Shown here: positions 54,241-63,059 of the stretch, one piece after another
Numbering within the stretch: the first letter of the stretch is position 1
How the letters are laid out: each line of letters starts with the position of its first letter
IMG/VR virus record: IMGVR_UViG_3300032007_004072
Coordinates: 10,223-74,222 of that record
DNA: 64,000 bases
Source: a virus
Taxonomy: Duplodnaviria; Heunggongvirae; Uroviricota; Caudoviricetes
Reading direction: 5' to 3' (one strand)
The notes under the pieces: model-generated
Databases searched by the model: none
Told to the model about the DNA's origin: nothing
What the model saw: the letters and a program-made list of their open reading frames with translations, nothing else
Position numbers and translations under genes: made by a program

Positions 54241-54584
54241 TAAAATTAGAGTATATACAATATCTTAAAAATGGTTTAAATTATTACTATCAAACTCATG
54301 AACCCAGTATCTTAGTTAATGTATTTATGTGTTTAGCTGAGTATAGTGGCGATAATGATATGCTACCTAATATAGCTGTGCCTAAATTATTTGAATATTC
54401 TTACGAGCTAGATGACAATGATTTGAGACTTGCCTATAAGGAGTTCACAACCTTTCCTTCTTCAAAATCTGTGGAAAATATGATTCTTGTTATTATTATG
54501 CTTTACAAAGGATTTGGTCTTACTTTTGAGGATTTTAAGAAAGAAATAATAAAAAATCTAACGGAACGTATTGACAATCCCTAA
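54237..54584 (+). CDS. hypothetical protein (115 aa)
   Basis: ATGA-coupled. Confidence 0.5.
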   Translation: MIKLEYIQYLKNGLNYYYQTHEPSILVNVFMCLAEYSGDNDMLPNIAVPKLFEYSYELDDNDLRLAYKEFTTFPSSKSVENMILVIIMLYKGFGLTFEDFKKEIIKNLTERIDNP

Positions 54585-54629
54585 ATTCTGTGCTACAATA
54601 ATAGTATAGTCAGAAGGGGGCTGAGAATA

Positions 54630-54989
54630 TTGGTAGTTTTTAGAGAATTGGCAGAAAATTTTAAGGCATTGCAAGCACAACAAGAACAGGAATTAAAAGA
54701 GCTTGAGAAGAAGCAAGGATTAGAGAAAGACACATTACTTACTAAACAGCAACAATTATTGCAGGAAATTAAGTTAAGCTCTTATTTTCATGTTGGAGAT
54801 GTAATTGCGTTAGAAGAAGTTCAGTACCTTCCAACAGAACATATTATTACTACATATACTATTGTAGCAGTTGGGGAAGACTATATTGTAGGATATGATG
54901 GTAAGCATTTCACAAAAGAATTATTAACTTGGGCAGACTTATTGGGAGCAAAGAAATTGTGGCATAATGGAGAAGAAATTACACTCTAA
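54630..54989 (+). CDS. hypothetical protein (119 aa), TTG start
   Basis: AGAAGGGGG RBS. Confidence 0.45.
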   Translation: MVVFRELAENFKALQAQQEQELKELEKKQGLEKDTLLTKQQQLLQEIKLSSYFHVGDVIALEEVQYLPTEHIITTYTIVAVGEDYIVGYDGKHFTKELLTWADLLGAKKLWHNGEEITL

Positions 54990-55011
54990 TCATAGAAAGG
55001 GCTGATCTAAA

Positions 55012-55221
55012 ATGATGTTAGATGGAATGATTGCATATATTCAAGAAATGGTAGAAACTGTTGATAATGAATTAGATAAAGTACATTTATATCAGATTCT
55101 TATGTGGTTACAGGAATTAAGTGATTATCGTAGTGAAATTACAGATAAAGATTTCTTAGCTATTGATCGAGAGTCAAAAAGAATGGTTGAAGAAGAAATA
55201 GCTAAAAGAGGTAAGGTATGA
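55012..55221 (+). CDS. small hypothetical protein (69 aa)
   Basis: ORF from track. Confidence 0.45.
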   Translation: MMLDGMIAYIQEMVETVDNELDKVHLYQILMWLQELSDYRSEITDKDFLAIDRESKRMVEEEIAKRGKV

Positions 55222-55631
55222 GTAGACTTAAAATTAAGTCTATAGCTGTTGATTATGATAACACCTTAATATTTAGTAATCCTAACTTATATCCTTACTA
55301 TGAACCAAAGGATGTTAATCGTCAAGCATTTTTGGTACTTAAAGAGTATAAGAAACGTGGAGGTATTATTATACTCTTTACTTGCCGAACAGATGAGCAT
55401 TTACAAATAGCTATAGACGCTTGTAAGAAATATGGATTAGAATTCGATGCGATTAATAGTGATACATCAAAAGCTATTAAAGATTGGCGAGAAAAGTTCC
55501 CTAGATCTTCAATATCTCCCAAGCCGTATGTAGAATTATTTATAGATGATAGGGCATGGCCTTGCCATAAGCGAGGATTAGATTGGACATGTATAGCCCA
55601 TGATATTTTAGAGGAAGAAGAAGATGAATGA
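55218..55631 (+). CDS. HAD-superfamily phosphatase-like protein (137 aa; possible 5'(3')-deoxyribonucleotidase)
   Basis: N-terminal DxDxT motif IAVDYDNTLIF; small alpha/beta fold size. Confidence 0.5.
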   Translation: MSRLKIKSIAVDYDNTLIFSNPNLYPYYEPKDVNRQAFLVLKEYKKRGGIIILFTCRTDEHLQIAIDACKKYGLEFDAINSDTSKAIKDWREKFPRSSISPKPYVELFIDDRAWPCHKRGLDWTCIAHDILEEEEDE

Positions 55632-55688
55632 TGTACAAGTAGTAATTTTTCCAGAAATGTTTACTGATTTTAGGCGGGTGAGAAGTTT

Positions 55689-56717
55689 GTGCAGTCAAAG
55701 TTAGTATTATATGAAGAACTTCATGTTGGGGATGTGATACATAAGTTTACCCTTTTGAAATGTCTTGGTAGTGGTAATTATGGCGATGAGTTATGGTTAT
55801 GTGAGTGTAAATGTGGAAATAAGATATCTGTGTCCAGTTTTCAGTTACTTAATGGATTATTATCCTGTAAGAAATGTAGTAGGAAGTATCGAGACTTAGA
55901 GGGACAAACCTTTGATAAACTTACTGCAATATTATATTGTGGCAAGGGAAGATGGATATGTTTATGTGAGTGTGGAAAATTAACTAGAGTTTCAAGCCAT
56001 GATTTGTGTAGAGGAGCACGTACTAGATGCTCAAGCTGTGCTCAAATTGATGATTTAAGGGGTAAAATGTTTGGCTATTGGAAAGTGTTGTCTCGTGCAG
56101 AATCTAGAAATGGACATATATTATGGAATTGTATATGTACTAAATGCGGGACTAAACGGAAGGTATTTGCAGATAATCTTAAAAGACCTCATACACTTAG
56201 TTGCGGATGTTGTACTGCTGAAACACTTAGAGAGTATCATACTACACATGGGATGACAAAGACAAGAATATATAATATCTGGGCTAAAATTAAAGAGCGA
56301 TGCCTTAAGCCAAATTCATCAGCGTATAAGCATTATGGTGGTAGAGGAATTACGATGTGTGGTCGTTGGAAAGACTCCTTTGAAAACTTTCGTGATGATA
56401 TGTATGAATCTTACTTAAAGCACGTAGAAGAATATGGGGAAAAAGATACTACACTAGATCGTATAGACGTAAATGGTGATTATTGTCCAGAAAATTGTAG
56501 ATGGGCAACATGGAATGAGCAAGCGGATAATAGACGAAATTCAGAAATCATCACTTTTGGCAGTGAAGCACATAATTTAACAGAATGGTGTCGTTTATTT
56601 AATTTATGTCGAGGAACATTAATTAAGTGGAAAAAGAAGTTTAATTTAACAAATAAAGAAGTCTTATTGAGAGCAATAGACAGATTTAATGTTGATATGG
56701 GAGAATATTATGATTAA
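55689..56717 (+). CDS. HNH_3-like homing-endonuclease-family protein (342 aa) with three N-terminal Zn-ribbon modules
   Basis: Three G..F..L...G..W.C.C.CG...V....L..G..SC..C modules; TRIYNIWAKIKERCLKPNSSAYKHYGGRGITMCGRW...TLDRIDVNGDYCPENCRWATWNEQADNRRN. Confidence 0.7.
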   Translation: MQSKLVLYEELHVGDVIHKFTLLKCLGSGNYGDELWLCECKCGNKISVSSFQLLNGLLSCKKCSRKYRDLEGQTFDKLTAILYCGKGRWICLCECGKLTRVSSHDLCRGARTRCSSCAQIDDLRGKMFGYWKVLSRAESRNGHILWNCICTKCGTKRKVFADNLKRPHTLSCGCCTAETLREYHTTHGMTKTRIYNIWAKIKERCLKPNSSAYKHYGGRGITMCGRWKDSFENFRDDMYESYLKHVEEYGEKDTTLDRIDVNGDYCPENCRWATWNEQADNRRNSEIITFGSEAHNLTEWCRLFNLCRGTLIKWKKKFNLTNKEVLLRAIDRFNVDMGEYYD

Positions 56718-57036
56718 GGTTGTAATTTATCCAGAGATGTTTACTAGTGAAGCTATTCGAGCAGATTCTGCCCTATTAAACATTAATGCAAGATATACTA
56801 AAGCAGGATTTTTTGAAAAAATTAGGCTACGAAGAATTTTAGACGAATTTATTAAGTTAAAAGTGGCATTAGTGTCTAATCCTTATCATGCTCTAATTAT
56901 ATCTTCGGATCTTGCTGATAATTTAAACAAATGGTCATCAGAAGGTTCAGTATTAAATGTAACAGGCTTTTCTAGTCAAGATACAGATGATGGACTATTT
57001 AATTTTGACCCAACAAAGCGAGATGATGATACTTGA
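56710..57036 (+). CDS. hypothetical protein (~108 aa); start trimmed to ATG 56710 after GGGAGAATATT
   Basis: ORF from track (56689) with the better RBS-ATG chosen. Confidence 0.45.
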   Translation: MIKVVIYPEMFTSEAIRADSALLNINARYTKAGFFEKIRLRRILDEFIKLKVALVSNPYHALIISSDLADNLNKWSSEGSVLNVTGFSSQDTDDGLFNFDPTKRDDDT

Positions 57037-58073
57037 AGACTAAAGACTTAAAGTACATCTTAGAGATGTTTGCAGTAATAAATAAAATTCAACCTCTAAG
57101 ACCTATAACTTCATTTGTAGAGATGTTTTGTGCAGATGGAGTATTCAGAATTGGAACTACTGATGGAAGTTCAAAATTAGTAGCTACACTTTTAGATACT
57201 GATGACATGGATAATATAGTTTTAGATCGTGAACAGTTGCTTAAAATACTTAAATTAACTAATAAAGAAGACATCAAGTTTATTCGTAAGGATAAGTATG
57301 TAGCTCTTAAAGGTTGTGGTAACTATAAATTACCTATACAATGTGATGAAACAGGTACTCAAGTACAGCTTAACTTAAGGATGCCTGTAATGGAAAATGG
57401 AATTCATTGTGAAATAGAGCCACTACACGAAGTATTTTCACGCAATTCTATCTGCTTATATGATGGTGATGATTATGATTTCTTCAAGCAGTATTATTGC
57501 GAAAATGGTAAAGTATTTACAACAGATGTAGCTAAAGCCTGTACTACTAAAGCAATATTGCCACAACAATTGCTTCCTGCTAAGTTAATGAAACAACTTT
57601 CTTTTTTAGATAAGCCCATAGTATTTTCTAAAACAGAACAAGGAGCAAGAGTTGATTCTGATATTTTTCAAATGTATTTCATGTATGATGATCCTTTGGA
57701 ATATCCTGTAGATATGGTAAGACCTTTCATGAATACGGATTGGGCTGAATTTAGTTTTACTTTAGAAAAGTCAGAATTAGTTAACGCTTTAAAGCGGATT
57801 AGTATTTTCACTAAACCTTGGCAAAAAGGAAAAGTAATCTTGACATTTACTGAAAATAGTGTTACACTATTAGGTGAGAATCAAGATGTAAATGAAACTG
57901 TAGATATTAAACTTAAAGGTAGTCCTTGTAGAATGGTAACTTCTGCTGAAGAAATGCTTATTGTTCTACGAAAAGTAAATAATGAATTTGTGATTCATGG
58001 TTCACAAAAGTGTATTGGATTTGAAGATAATCTTAGCTTGTATGTATTATCACTTATAGACGAGGAGGAATAA
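57033..58073 (+). CDS. hypothetical protein (346 aa); speculative DNA polymerase sliding clamp (DnaN/gp45-like)
   Basis: N-terminus YILEMFAVINKIQPLRPITSFVEM...DGVFRIGTTDGSSKLVATL resembles the DnaN N-terminal pattern; size and replication-module context fit. Confidence 0.55.
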   Translation: MKTKDLKYILEMFAVINKIQPLRPITSFVEMFCADGVFRIGTTDGSSKLVATLLDTDDMDNIVLDREQLLKILKLTNKEDIKFIRKDKYVALKGCGNYKLPIQCDETGTQVQLNLRMPVMENGIHCEIEPLHEVFSRNSICLYDGDDYDFFKQYYCENGKVFTTDVAKACTTKAILPQQLLPAKLMKQLSFLDKPIVFSKTEQGARVDSDIFQMYFMYDDPLEYPVDMVRPFMNTDWAEFSFTLEKSELVNALKRISIFTKPWQKGKVILTFTENSVTLLGENQDVNETVDIKLKGSPCRMVTSAEEMLIVLRKVNNEFVIHGSQKCIGFEDNLSLYVLSLIDEEE

Positions 58074-58076
58074 GAA

Positions 58077-58745
58077 ATGGCATATTTACTGAAATATACA
58101 GATGAATTTGGTGGCACTGGTTACTTTGATGATTTTAATGATAAACTTGTAGAATTTAATACTACTGCTGAAGCAGAGAAAAAAGCAGAAGAACTTCTTG
58201 ATATGGAATATGATGATTTTGGTACTGCTATTACTAAGTATTACGTTGTAGAAGTTGGTGCAAAGGCTCTTAAAGAGATTAAATCCTTTAGAATCACTGA
58301 TGATGGTACTGAATGTGCTCTTAGTTGTACAGATGATAGTGCTAAAGAGTTAGAGAACTCTTTAGCAGAAGTTAAAAAACAGTATGATATTGATATTACT
58401 GAAGATAGAACTTATGATAATGGCTCTCGTATTATTAGATTTACTTATCAGAAGAAGAAAAAGGAAGAAAAGTCTGTAGTAAATAATGACTATGAAGTAG
58501 TGGTCATTCATGGTAAAAATGTTTTTACTATTGGTTTTGATGTAAAGAAATGCTTTGTTGAACTTAATCTTCTTGCTCGTGTTCTTATGGATAAATATAG
58601 AGATGAGATTATATCCTATAATAGTGAACGTAGAAATAATGCAGGTACAATTTCTTTTGCTCTTGTTAAAAAGCAAGAAGAATTTAAAGAAGATCTCCTT
58701 AAAGGAATAGAAGTATTTTTTAAGGCTAAAGTTATTGAAGAGTAA
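58077..58745 (+). CDS. hypothetical acidic protein (222 aa)
   Basis: GAGGAGG RBS; ORF from track. Confidence 0.55.
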   Translation: MAYLLKYTDEFGGTGYFDDFNDKLVEFNTTAEAEKKAEELLDMEYDDFGTAITKYYVVEVGAKALKEIKSFRITDDGTECALSCTDDSAKELENSLAEVKKQYDIDITEDRTYDNGSRIIRFTYQKKKKEEKSVVNNDYEVVVIHGKNVFTIGFDVKKCFVELNLLARVLMDKYRDEIISYNSERRNNAGTISFALVKKQEEFKEDLLKGIEVFFKAKVIEE

Positions 58746-58754
58746 AAGCTGAAT

Positions 58755-58785
58755 AGGCAAGGCATATGTCCTTGCCTTTATTTGT
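58755..58785 (+). terminator. intrinsic terminator AGGCAAGG-catatgt-CCTTGCCT + TTTATTTG
   Basis: 8-bp perfect stem. Confidence 0.65.
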
Positions 58786-58801
58786 CTATTGAGGTAATAT
58801 A

Positions 58802-59614
58802 ATGGCTAGAAAATCTTTAATAGGAATGATTAAATCAGCTAAAACTGAAGATATTGCTGAGAAATTTAAGAATGATTTTATATATACAGTAGAAAATAGT
58901 GGTGAAGATCATCCTTCTTCACATACACTATCTCCTAGTAGTCTAAATTGTCAACGACAGATGTCTTGTAAAGTTTTGGGCGTACCAAAAGAAGGGGAAA
59001 AAGAGACATATTCTTTATCTTATATATGTGATATTGGATCTGCTATACATGAGATTACCCAGAGGCATTGTTTAAGCTTAAATAAGTTTAAGTATATTTC
59101 AGTAGCTGATTATGTTAGAGATAAAAAATTAGACTTAGAAATTGGACAAGAATCTGATTTTGAGAAAGGAATGTATGAAACTCATCTATATAAGTTAGAC
59201 AAAGATGGTAATAAGATAGTTTCATTCTTAGCTGATGGTATTTTACAAGATAAAGAATCTGGAAAATATATGATATTAGAAATAAAAAGTTGTGGCAGTT
59301 CAGGATTCTTTAAAATGGATTCGTTTATGGAAAAACATAAAAATCAAGGCATTGCTTACTCAATATTATTAGATATACCTACAGTATTATATTTGTATAT
59401 TTGTAGAGATGTGCCAACAATTAAACCATTTATTTTTAAGCCCAGTAAAGAAGATAAACAAAACTTATTAGATAAATGTCATGAGGTATTAGAAAAGTCA
59501 AAAGAAAATATTATTGTAGCAAAACCACAAGATGTAACTAAGACAACTTGTTCTTATTGTTCTTATAGGAAGTTTTGTAATAAAATTGGAGAAGGTGAAT
59601 ATCATTATGGATAA
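58802..59614 (+). CDS. PD-(D/E)xK nuclease, Cas4/RecB-like exonuclease with C-terminal Cys cluster (270 aa)
   Basis: ExK motif MILEIKSCG; C-terminal CSYCSYRKFC (C-x2-C-x5-C) plus N-terminal Cys. Confidence 0.6.
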   Translation: MARKSLIGMIKSAKTEDIAEKFKNDFIYTVENSGEDHPSSHTLSPSSLNCQRQMSCKVLGVPKEGEKETYSLSYICDIGSAIHEITQRHCLSLNKFKYISVADYVRDKKLDLEIGQESDFEKGMYETHLYKLDKDGNKIVSFLADGILQDKESGKYMILEIKSCGSSGFFKMDSFMEKHKNQGIAYSILLDIPTVLYLYICRDVPTIKPFIFKPSKEDKQNLLDKCHEVLEKSKENIIVAKPQDVTKTTCSYCSYRKFCNKIGEGEYHYG

Positions 59615-59813
59615 TTTTACATATTACTATGAAGGGTGTATTCAAGAACTTATGCGTAGAGGATATGATTACTCTACAGCAAAACAGGTAGTAGAATATG
59701 CACCATTAACTAATAGGGTAAGATCCAAAGATAATTTAGGTGAATATGCAGATACAGATGTATCTGAATGGGTTGATTTAATCCTTGGTAAAGGAAATCA
59801 TAATCAGCATTAA
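59607..59813 (+). CDS. small hypothetical protein (~68 aa); start trimmed to ATG 59607
   Basis: AAGGTGA upstream; ORF from track (59586). Confidence 0.4.
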   Translation: MDNFTYYYEGCIQELMRRGYDYSTAKQVVEYAPLTNRVRSKDNLGEYADTDVSEWVDLILGKGNHNQH

Positions 59814-59827
59814 AGGAGAAAGGAGTT

Positions 59828-60670
59828 ATGGAAGTACGGGCAAAAGATCATAAGAGATTATATAATTTATGGCAGGGTATGAAACAAAGGTGTAACAATC
59901 CTAATAATATTAGTTATAAAAATTACGGTGGTAGGGGAATATCTTATGATATTAGCTGGGAAATATTTCAAGGTTTTTTTAATGATATGGCAGAGTCATA
60001 TTATAAACATGTAGAAGAATATGGGGAAAGAGATACAACCCTTGATAGAATTGATGTAGATGGTAATTATAGTAAGGAGAATTGTACATGGGCAACTTGG
60101 CATGAGCAAGCACTCAATAAACGAACTAGTCCGTATACAATAGCAAAAGCATGTGAGGGTAAAGATATTGATATTAGGTGTGTTTATGCCAGAGTGGAAA
60201 GTGGCTGGGATTTAGATGATGCTATAAATACACCAGTAGGATCTAAGTATGTTGAAAAACTCGGTATGACGCTTAGGGAAAAGTGTAGTGAATTAAATAT
60301 GCCTTATGGTGTTGTTCATGCAAGGATACAAAATGGAATGCCTGTTGAGGAAGCACTTTCAAAGCCTATAGCAGAGTTTAGGTATTTGAAGTCTTTAGGT
60401 AAATCTTTAAAAAGTTATTGTGCTGATTTGGGGTTAAATTATGAGGCTATTAGAAGTAGACTCCGAAGAGGTTGGTCGTTAGATGAAGCGATATCAGAAC
60501 CAGTAAAATACCCAACTAAATATGCTGGTAAGTCATTGTCTGAACTTTGTAGGAATCATAATATACGTATTGCTACAGTTAAAGCAAGAATGAATAGGGG
60601 CTGGACTTTGGAGGAATCTCTTAATACTCCTGTAGGACAAAAACGTAAGGAGGCTGATTCTAATGCCTAA
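59828..60670 (+). CDS. HNH_3-like homing-endonuclease-family protein (280 aa): core at N-terminus + 4 C-terminal HTH-like repeats
   Basis: KRLYNLWQGMKQRCNNPNNISYKNYGGRGISYDISW...TLDRIDVDGNYSKENCTWATWHEQALNKR; repeats ...R.xxGWxLxEAIxxPVG. Confidence 0.7.
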   Translation: MEVRAKDHKRLYNLWQGMKQRCNNPNNISYKNYGGRGISYDISWEIFQGFFNDMAESYYKHVEEYGERDTTLDRIDVDGNYSKENCTWATWHEQALNKRTSPYTIAKACEGKDIDIRCVYARVESGWDLDDAINTPVGSKYVEKLGMTLREKCSELNMPYGVVHARIQNGMPVEEALSKPIAEFRYLKSLGKSLKSYCADLGLNYEAIRSRLRRGWSLDEAISEPVKYPTKYAGKSLSELCRNHNIRIATVKARMNRGWTLEESLNTPVGQKRKEADSNA

Positions 60671-61118
60671 CCGAGGTAAAGCTTTTGAGAAATATTTTAA
60701 GGCACAAATTCAAGAACAACTTCCAGAAGCATATGTATATAGATTATATGATATATTTGATTACAGATGTATATCTAATCCATGTGATTTTTTTGTATTT
60801 TTAAGACCTTCGTTTATTATGTGTGAACTTAAAACCTGTCAAGGAGCTTCGATGCCATCAAAAAATATTTCTGACTATCAATTACAAAGTATGACAGAAG
60901 CCTCTAAAATTAGAGGACTTAAAGCTTATACTATCATTTGGTTCTATGAAAAATCTATATGTTTAATGTTTAAAACTAAGTATTTATATAAGTTATTTAT
61001 TGAAAAGGGTAAGAAAAGTGTGTCTTATAAAGATCCTAATGGTATAGAAGTACCTGTGATAAAGGCGTTAAAAAAGTATAACATTTGGGATTGGTCTGTG
61101 CTTAAAAAAGCGAGGTAA
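60663..61118 (+). CDS. recU: RecU-like Holliday junction resolvase (151 aa)
   Basis: NRGKAFEKYF (cf. RecU NRGMxLE), acidic/lysine catalytic stretch IMCELKTCQ (cf. IDFEAKETK), downstream QLQSMTEA / YTIIWFYEKS matching RecU blocks, compared with B. subtilis RecU from memory. Confidence 0.5.
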   Translation: MPNRGKAFEKYFKAQIQEQLPEAYVYRLYDIFDYRCISNPCDFFVFLRPSFIMCELKTCQGASMPSKNISDYQLQSMTEASKIRGLKAYTIIWFYEKSICLMFKTKYLYKLFIEKGKKSVSYKDPNGIEVPVIKALKKYNIWDWSVLKKAR

Positions 61119-61124
61119 ATAACT

Positions 61125-61463
61125 ATGTCTACTTTAACAAAACTACTAGACGCAAATAAAGACTTAAAAGTATTAGTACAAATAGACAATGGAAGTCTTA
61201 CATTATCAGATGAATATTCTTGGGGAAAATTAGATACTAAATATTGTCAAATTACTAATATTTATACAGGTGAAAATGGAATATATGTTCAAGATGAAAA
61301 TGAACCTTGGGAAATATTTGAGCAGGAAATAGGAGTACATCTTTCTTTAGATGATACAAGATATGAAAAAGAATTTGCAGATTTTTTAATCAAGCTTAAT
61401 GAATCATGGGAAAAAGTAATTATACTTTATGTAGACCCATTGGAGGAAGAAGAATGCTTATAA
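61125..61463 (+). CDS. hypothetical acidic protein (112 aa)
   Basis: ORF from track. Confidence 0.5.
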   Translation: MSTLTKLLDANKDLKVLVQIDNGSLTLSDEYSWGKLDTKYCQITNIYTGENGIYVQDENEPWEIFEQEIGVHLSLDDTRYEKEFADFLIKLNESWEKVIILYVDPLEEEECL

Positions 61464-61948
61464 ACAAAACTATACAGGATCAAGTTGAAAATAATTCTAT
61501 TCAGCTTGAAGGAATTGTAAATAAAATAGTAGCATCTTATACAGATAAGTTAGATGATTATATGAATAAGATCCATACAGTTCTTGTGGATGAGGGAGAT
61601 GATCTTACAGAAAGCGAACTGGCTAAAATAATGATTGTACTCAATAGCTATGCATATTTCCTTGGAGCAAAAGCTGAACTATCTGCTATAAAATCTGACG
61701 TATCTGAAATGGTATATAATGAAAGATATAATCTTGAACTCTTAACTGCTAGTGGAACTGTTGCTGCTAGATCTAGCATAGCATCAAGTAAATCACAAGA
61801 AGAAGAAGTTATTAAGATTATATATAATCGTGTATATAAAATTCTTAAAAATAAGTTAGACTCTACCATTAGAATGTCTGATGGTGTTAAAAAGATTATT
61901 AGTCTTAGAGTAAAAGCAATGGAATTAGCAGGAAGGTCAAATGCATAA
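61454..61948 (+). CDS. hypothetical coiled-coil protein (~164 aa); start trimmed to ATG 61454 after GGAGGAAGAAGA
   Basis: Strong RBS; overlaps upstream stop. Confidence 0.5.
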   Translation: MLINKTIQDQVENNSIQLEGIVNKIVASYTDKLDDYMNKIHTVLVDEGDDLTESELAKIMIVLNSYAYFLGAKAELSAIKSDVSEMVYNERYNLELLTASGTVAARSSIASSKSQEEEVIKIIYNRVYKILKNKLDSTIRMSDGVKKIISLRVKAMELAGRSNA

Positions 61949-62288
61949 CCATATAGAACTTCCATCCTGCTATGAAAAATATATTAAAGACCACATAGAG
62001 TTAGCACTAGAAAACTTTTATGAAGATTGGAAAAGAGCACAAAAAGAATATGATGCCCTTCCTTGGTATAAAAGGTGGTTTAGAGATAACCCTTTTTATG
62101 AAATAACTGATGAACAAAAAGAAAATGAATTGTGTTTAAGTAATTGTGCTATGTTTTTCAGTTATTCCATGGAAGAAGATAAGCTACTTAATGTTAAAAA
62201 GTATTTTCAAGGATACTATCCAAATAAAAGTTTAGATATGGACGATTATGATTTGGTTAGATGGTGGGCTGAATATGATAGCAACTAA
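61941..62288 (+). CDS. small protein, member 1 of a 4-gene tandem paralog array (W..Y..LPWYKRxFRxNP ... DLVRWWAEYDSN)
   Basis: EDWKRAQKEYDALPWYKRWFRDNPFYEI; C-terminal DYDLVRWWAEYDSN. Confidence 0.5.
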   Translation: MHNHIELPSCYEKYIKDHIELALENFYEDWKRAQKEYDALPWYKRWFRDNPFYEITDEQKENELCLSNCAMFFSYSMEEDKLLNVKKYFQGYYPNKSLDMDDYDLVRWWAEYDSN

Positions 62289-62484
62289 AGAGCAAGAAGA
62301 GTACATTAAAGCTAATGTTGAAAAAGCCATAAGTAATTCTATAAAAATGTACGGAAGAACATGGTGGGATAATATATATCTTGAAAAATTAAATATTATT
62401 AAGATGAAATTATCTAATTTAGATTTAGTTAATCTAACTAAAGATGATTACGATTTGGTGATGGAGTGGGCAGAAGATGTATAG
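62275..62484 (+). CDS. small protein, member 2 of the tandem paralog array (short form); start trimmed to ATG 62275
   Basis: C-terminal DDYDLVMEWAEDV matches the family C-terminal motif. Confidence 0.45.
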   Translation: MIATKEQEEYIKANVEKAISNSIKMYGRTWWDNIYLEKLNIIKMKLSNLDLVNLTKDDYDLVMEWAEDV

Positions 62485-62821
62485 AAAAGATCCTAGACCT
62501 GCAACTATTTTTGAAAGAAAATATATCGAAGATAATTATCAAAAAGCTAAAGAAAATATTATAGAGTATGAAGCAAAACTACAAAAAGAGTATGATAAAC
62601 TAACATTTTGGCAAAGAGTAAACATTATTAATGATAAACATATGAAATTACACTCTAACCTATTATTTTGTACTAACTATAAAGAAAGCTTGAATGGTGT
62701 TAGAAGTGCTCTAGAGTCCCCAGATTATTTTGGGCTAGACATTGAAGATTATAAGTTTATCAGATACTGGGCTAATTATATTTCTGATAATAATGGGGCG
62801 GGTAGTGGTGAACTATATTGA
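62477..62821 (+). CDS. small protein, member 3 of the tandem paralog array
   Basis: NYQKAKENIIEYEAKLQKEYDKLTFWQRV...; C-terminal EDYKFIRYWANYISDNN. Confidence 0.5.
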   Translation: MYRKDPRPATIFERKYIEDNYQKAKENIIEYEAKLQKEYDKLTFWQRVNIINDKHMKLHSNLLFCTNYKESLNGVRSALESPDYFGLDIEDYKFIRYWANYISDNNGAGSGELY

Positions 62822-63059
62822 AGTATTAAGAGAAAGAGCAAGAAATAATATCTGGAAACATTGGCAGAAACTACAAGAAAAATATGATAGTCTTCCATGG
62901 TATAAAAGATTATTTAGAGAAAATCCAAAATACGGAGATACTACAGGATTTGGACATATTGCATTAGATCATGGACATTGGCTTAATAAAGTTGATTCTA
63001 CTGAAGACATTGTTTTTCTACAATATTGGGCTAAGTATATTGGAGAGGAGAATTTATGA
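62805..63059 (+). CDS. small protein, member 4 of the tandem paralog array; GTG start (track ORF 62742 trimmed)
   Basis: NIWKHWQKLQEKYDSLPWYKRLFRENPKYG; C-terminal DIVFLQYWAKYIGEENL. Confidence 0.45.
   Translation: MVNYIEVLRERARNNIWKHWQKLQEKYDSLPWYKRLFRENPKYGDTTGFGHIALDHGHWLNKVDSTEDIVFLQYWAKYIGEENL

Noticed and set aside
1006-62000. All minus-strand ORFs in the six-frame track (e.g. 1006..1194, 8371..8796, 14514..14963, 20343..20750, 47062..47514, 58362..58760, 61648..61965)
   Set aside because: They are antisense to long, motif-rich + strand genes. They are dominated by I/L/F/Y/K-rich low-complexity translations typical of AT-rich antisense frames, and they lack RBS or promoter support. 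The genome appears strictly unidirectional.
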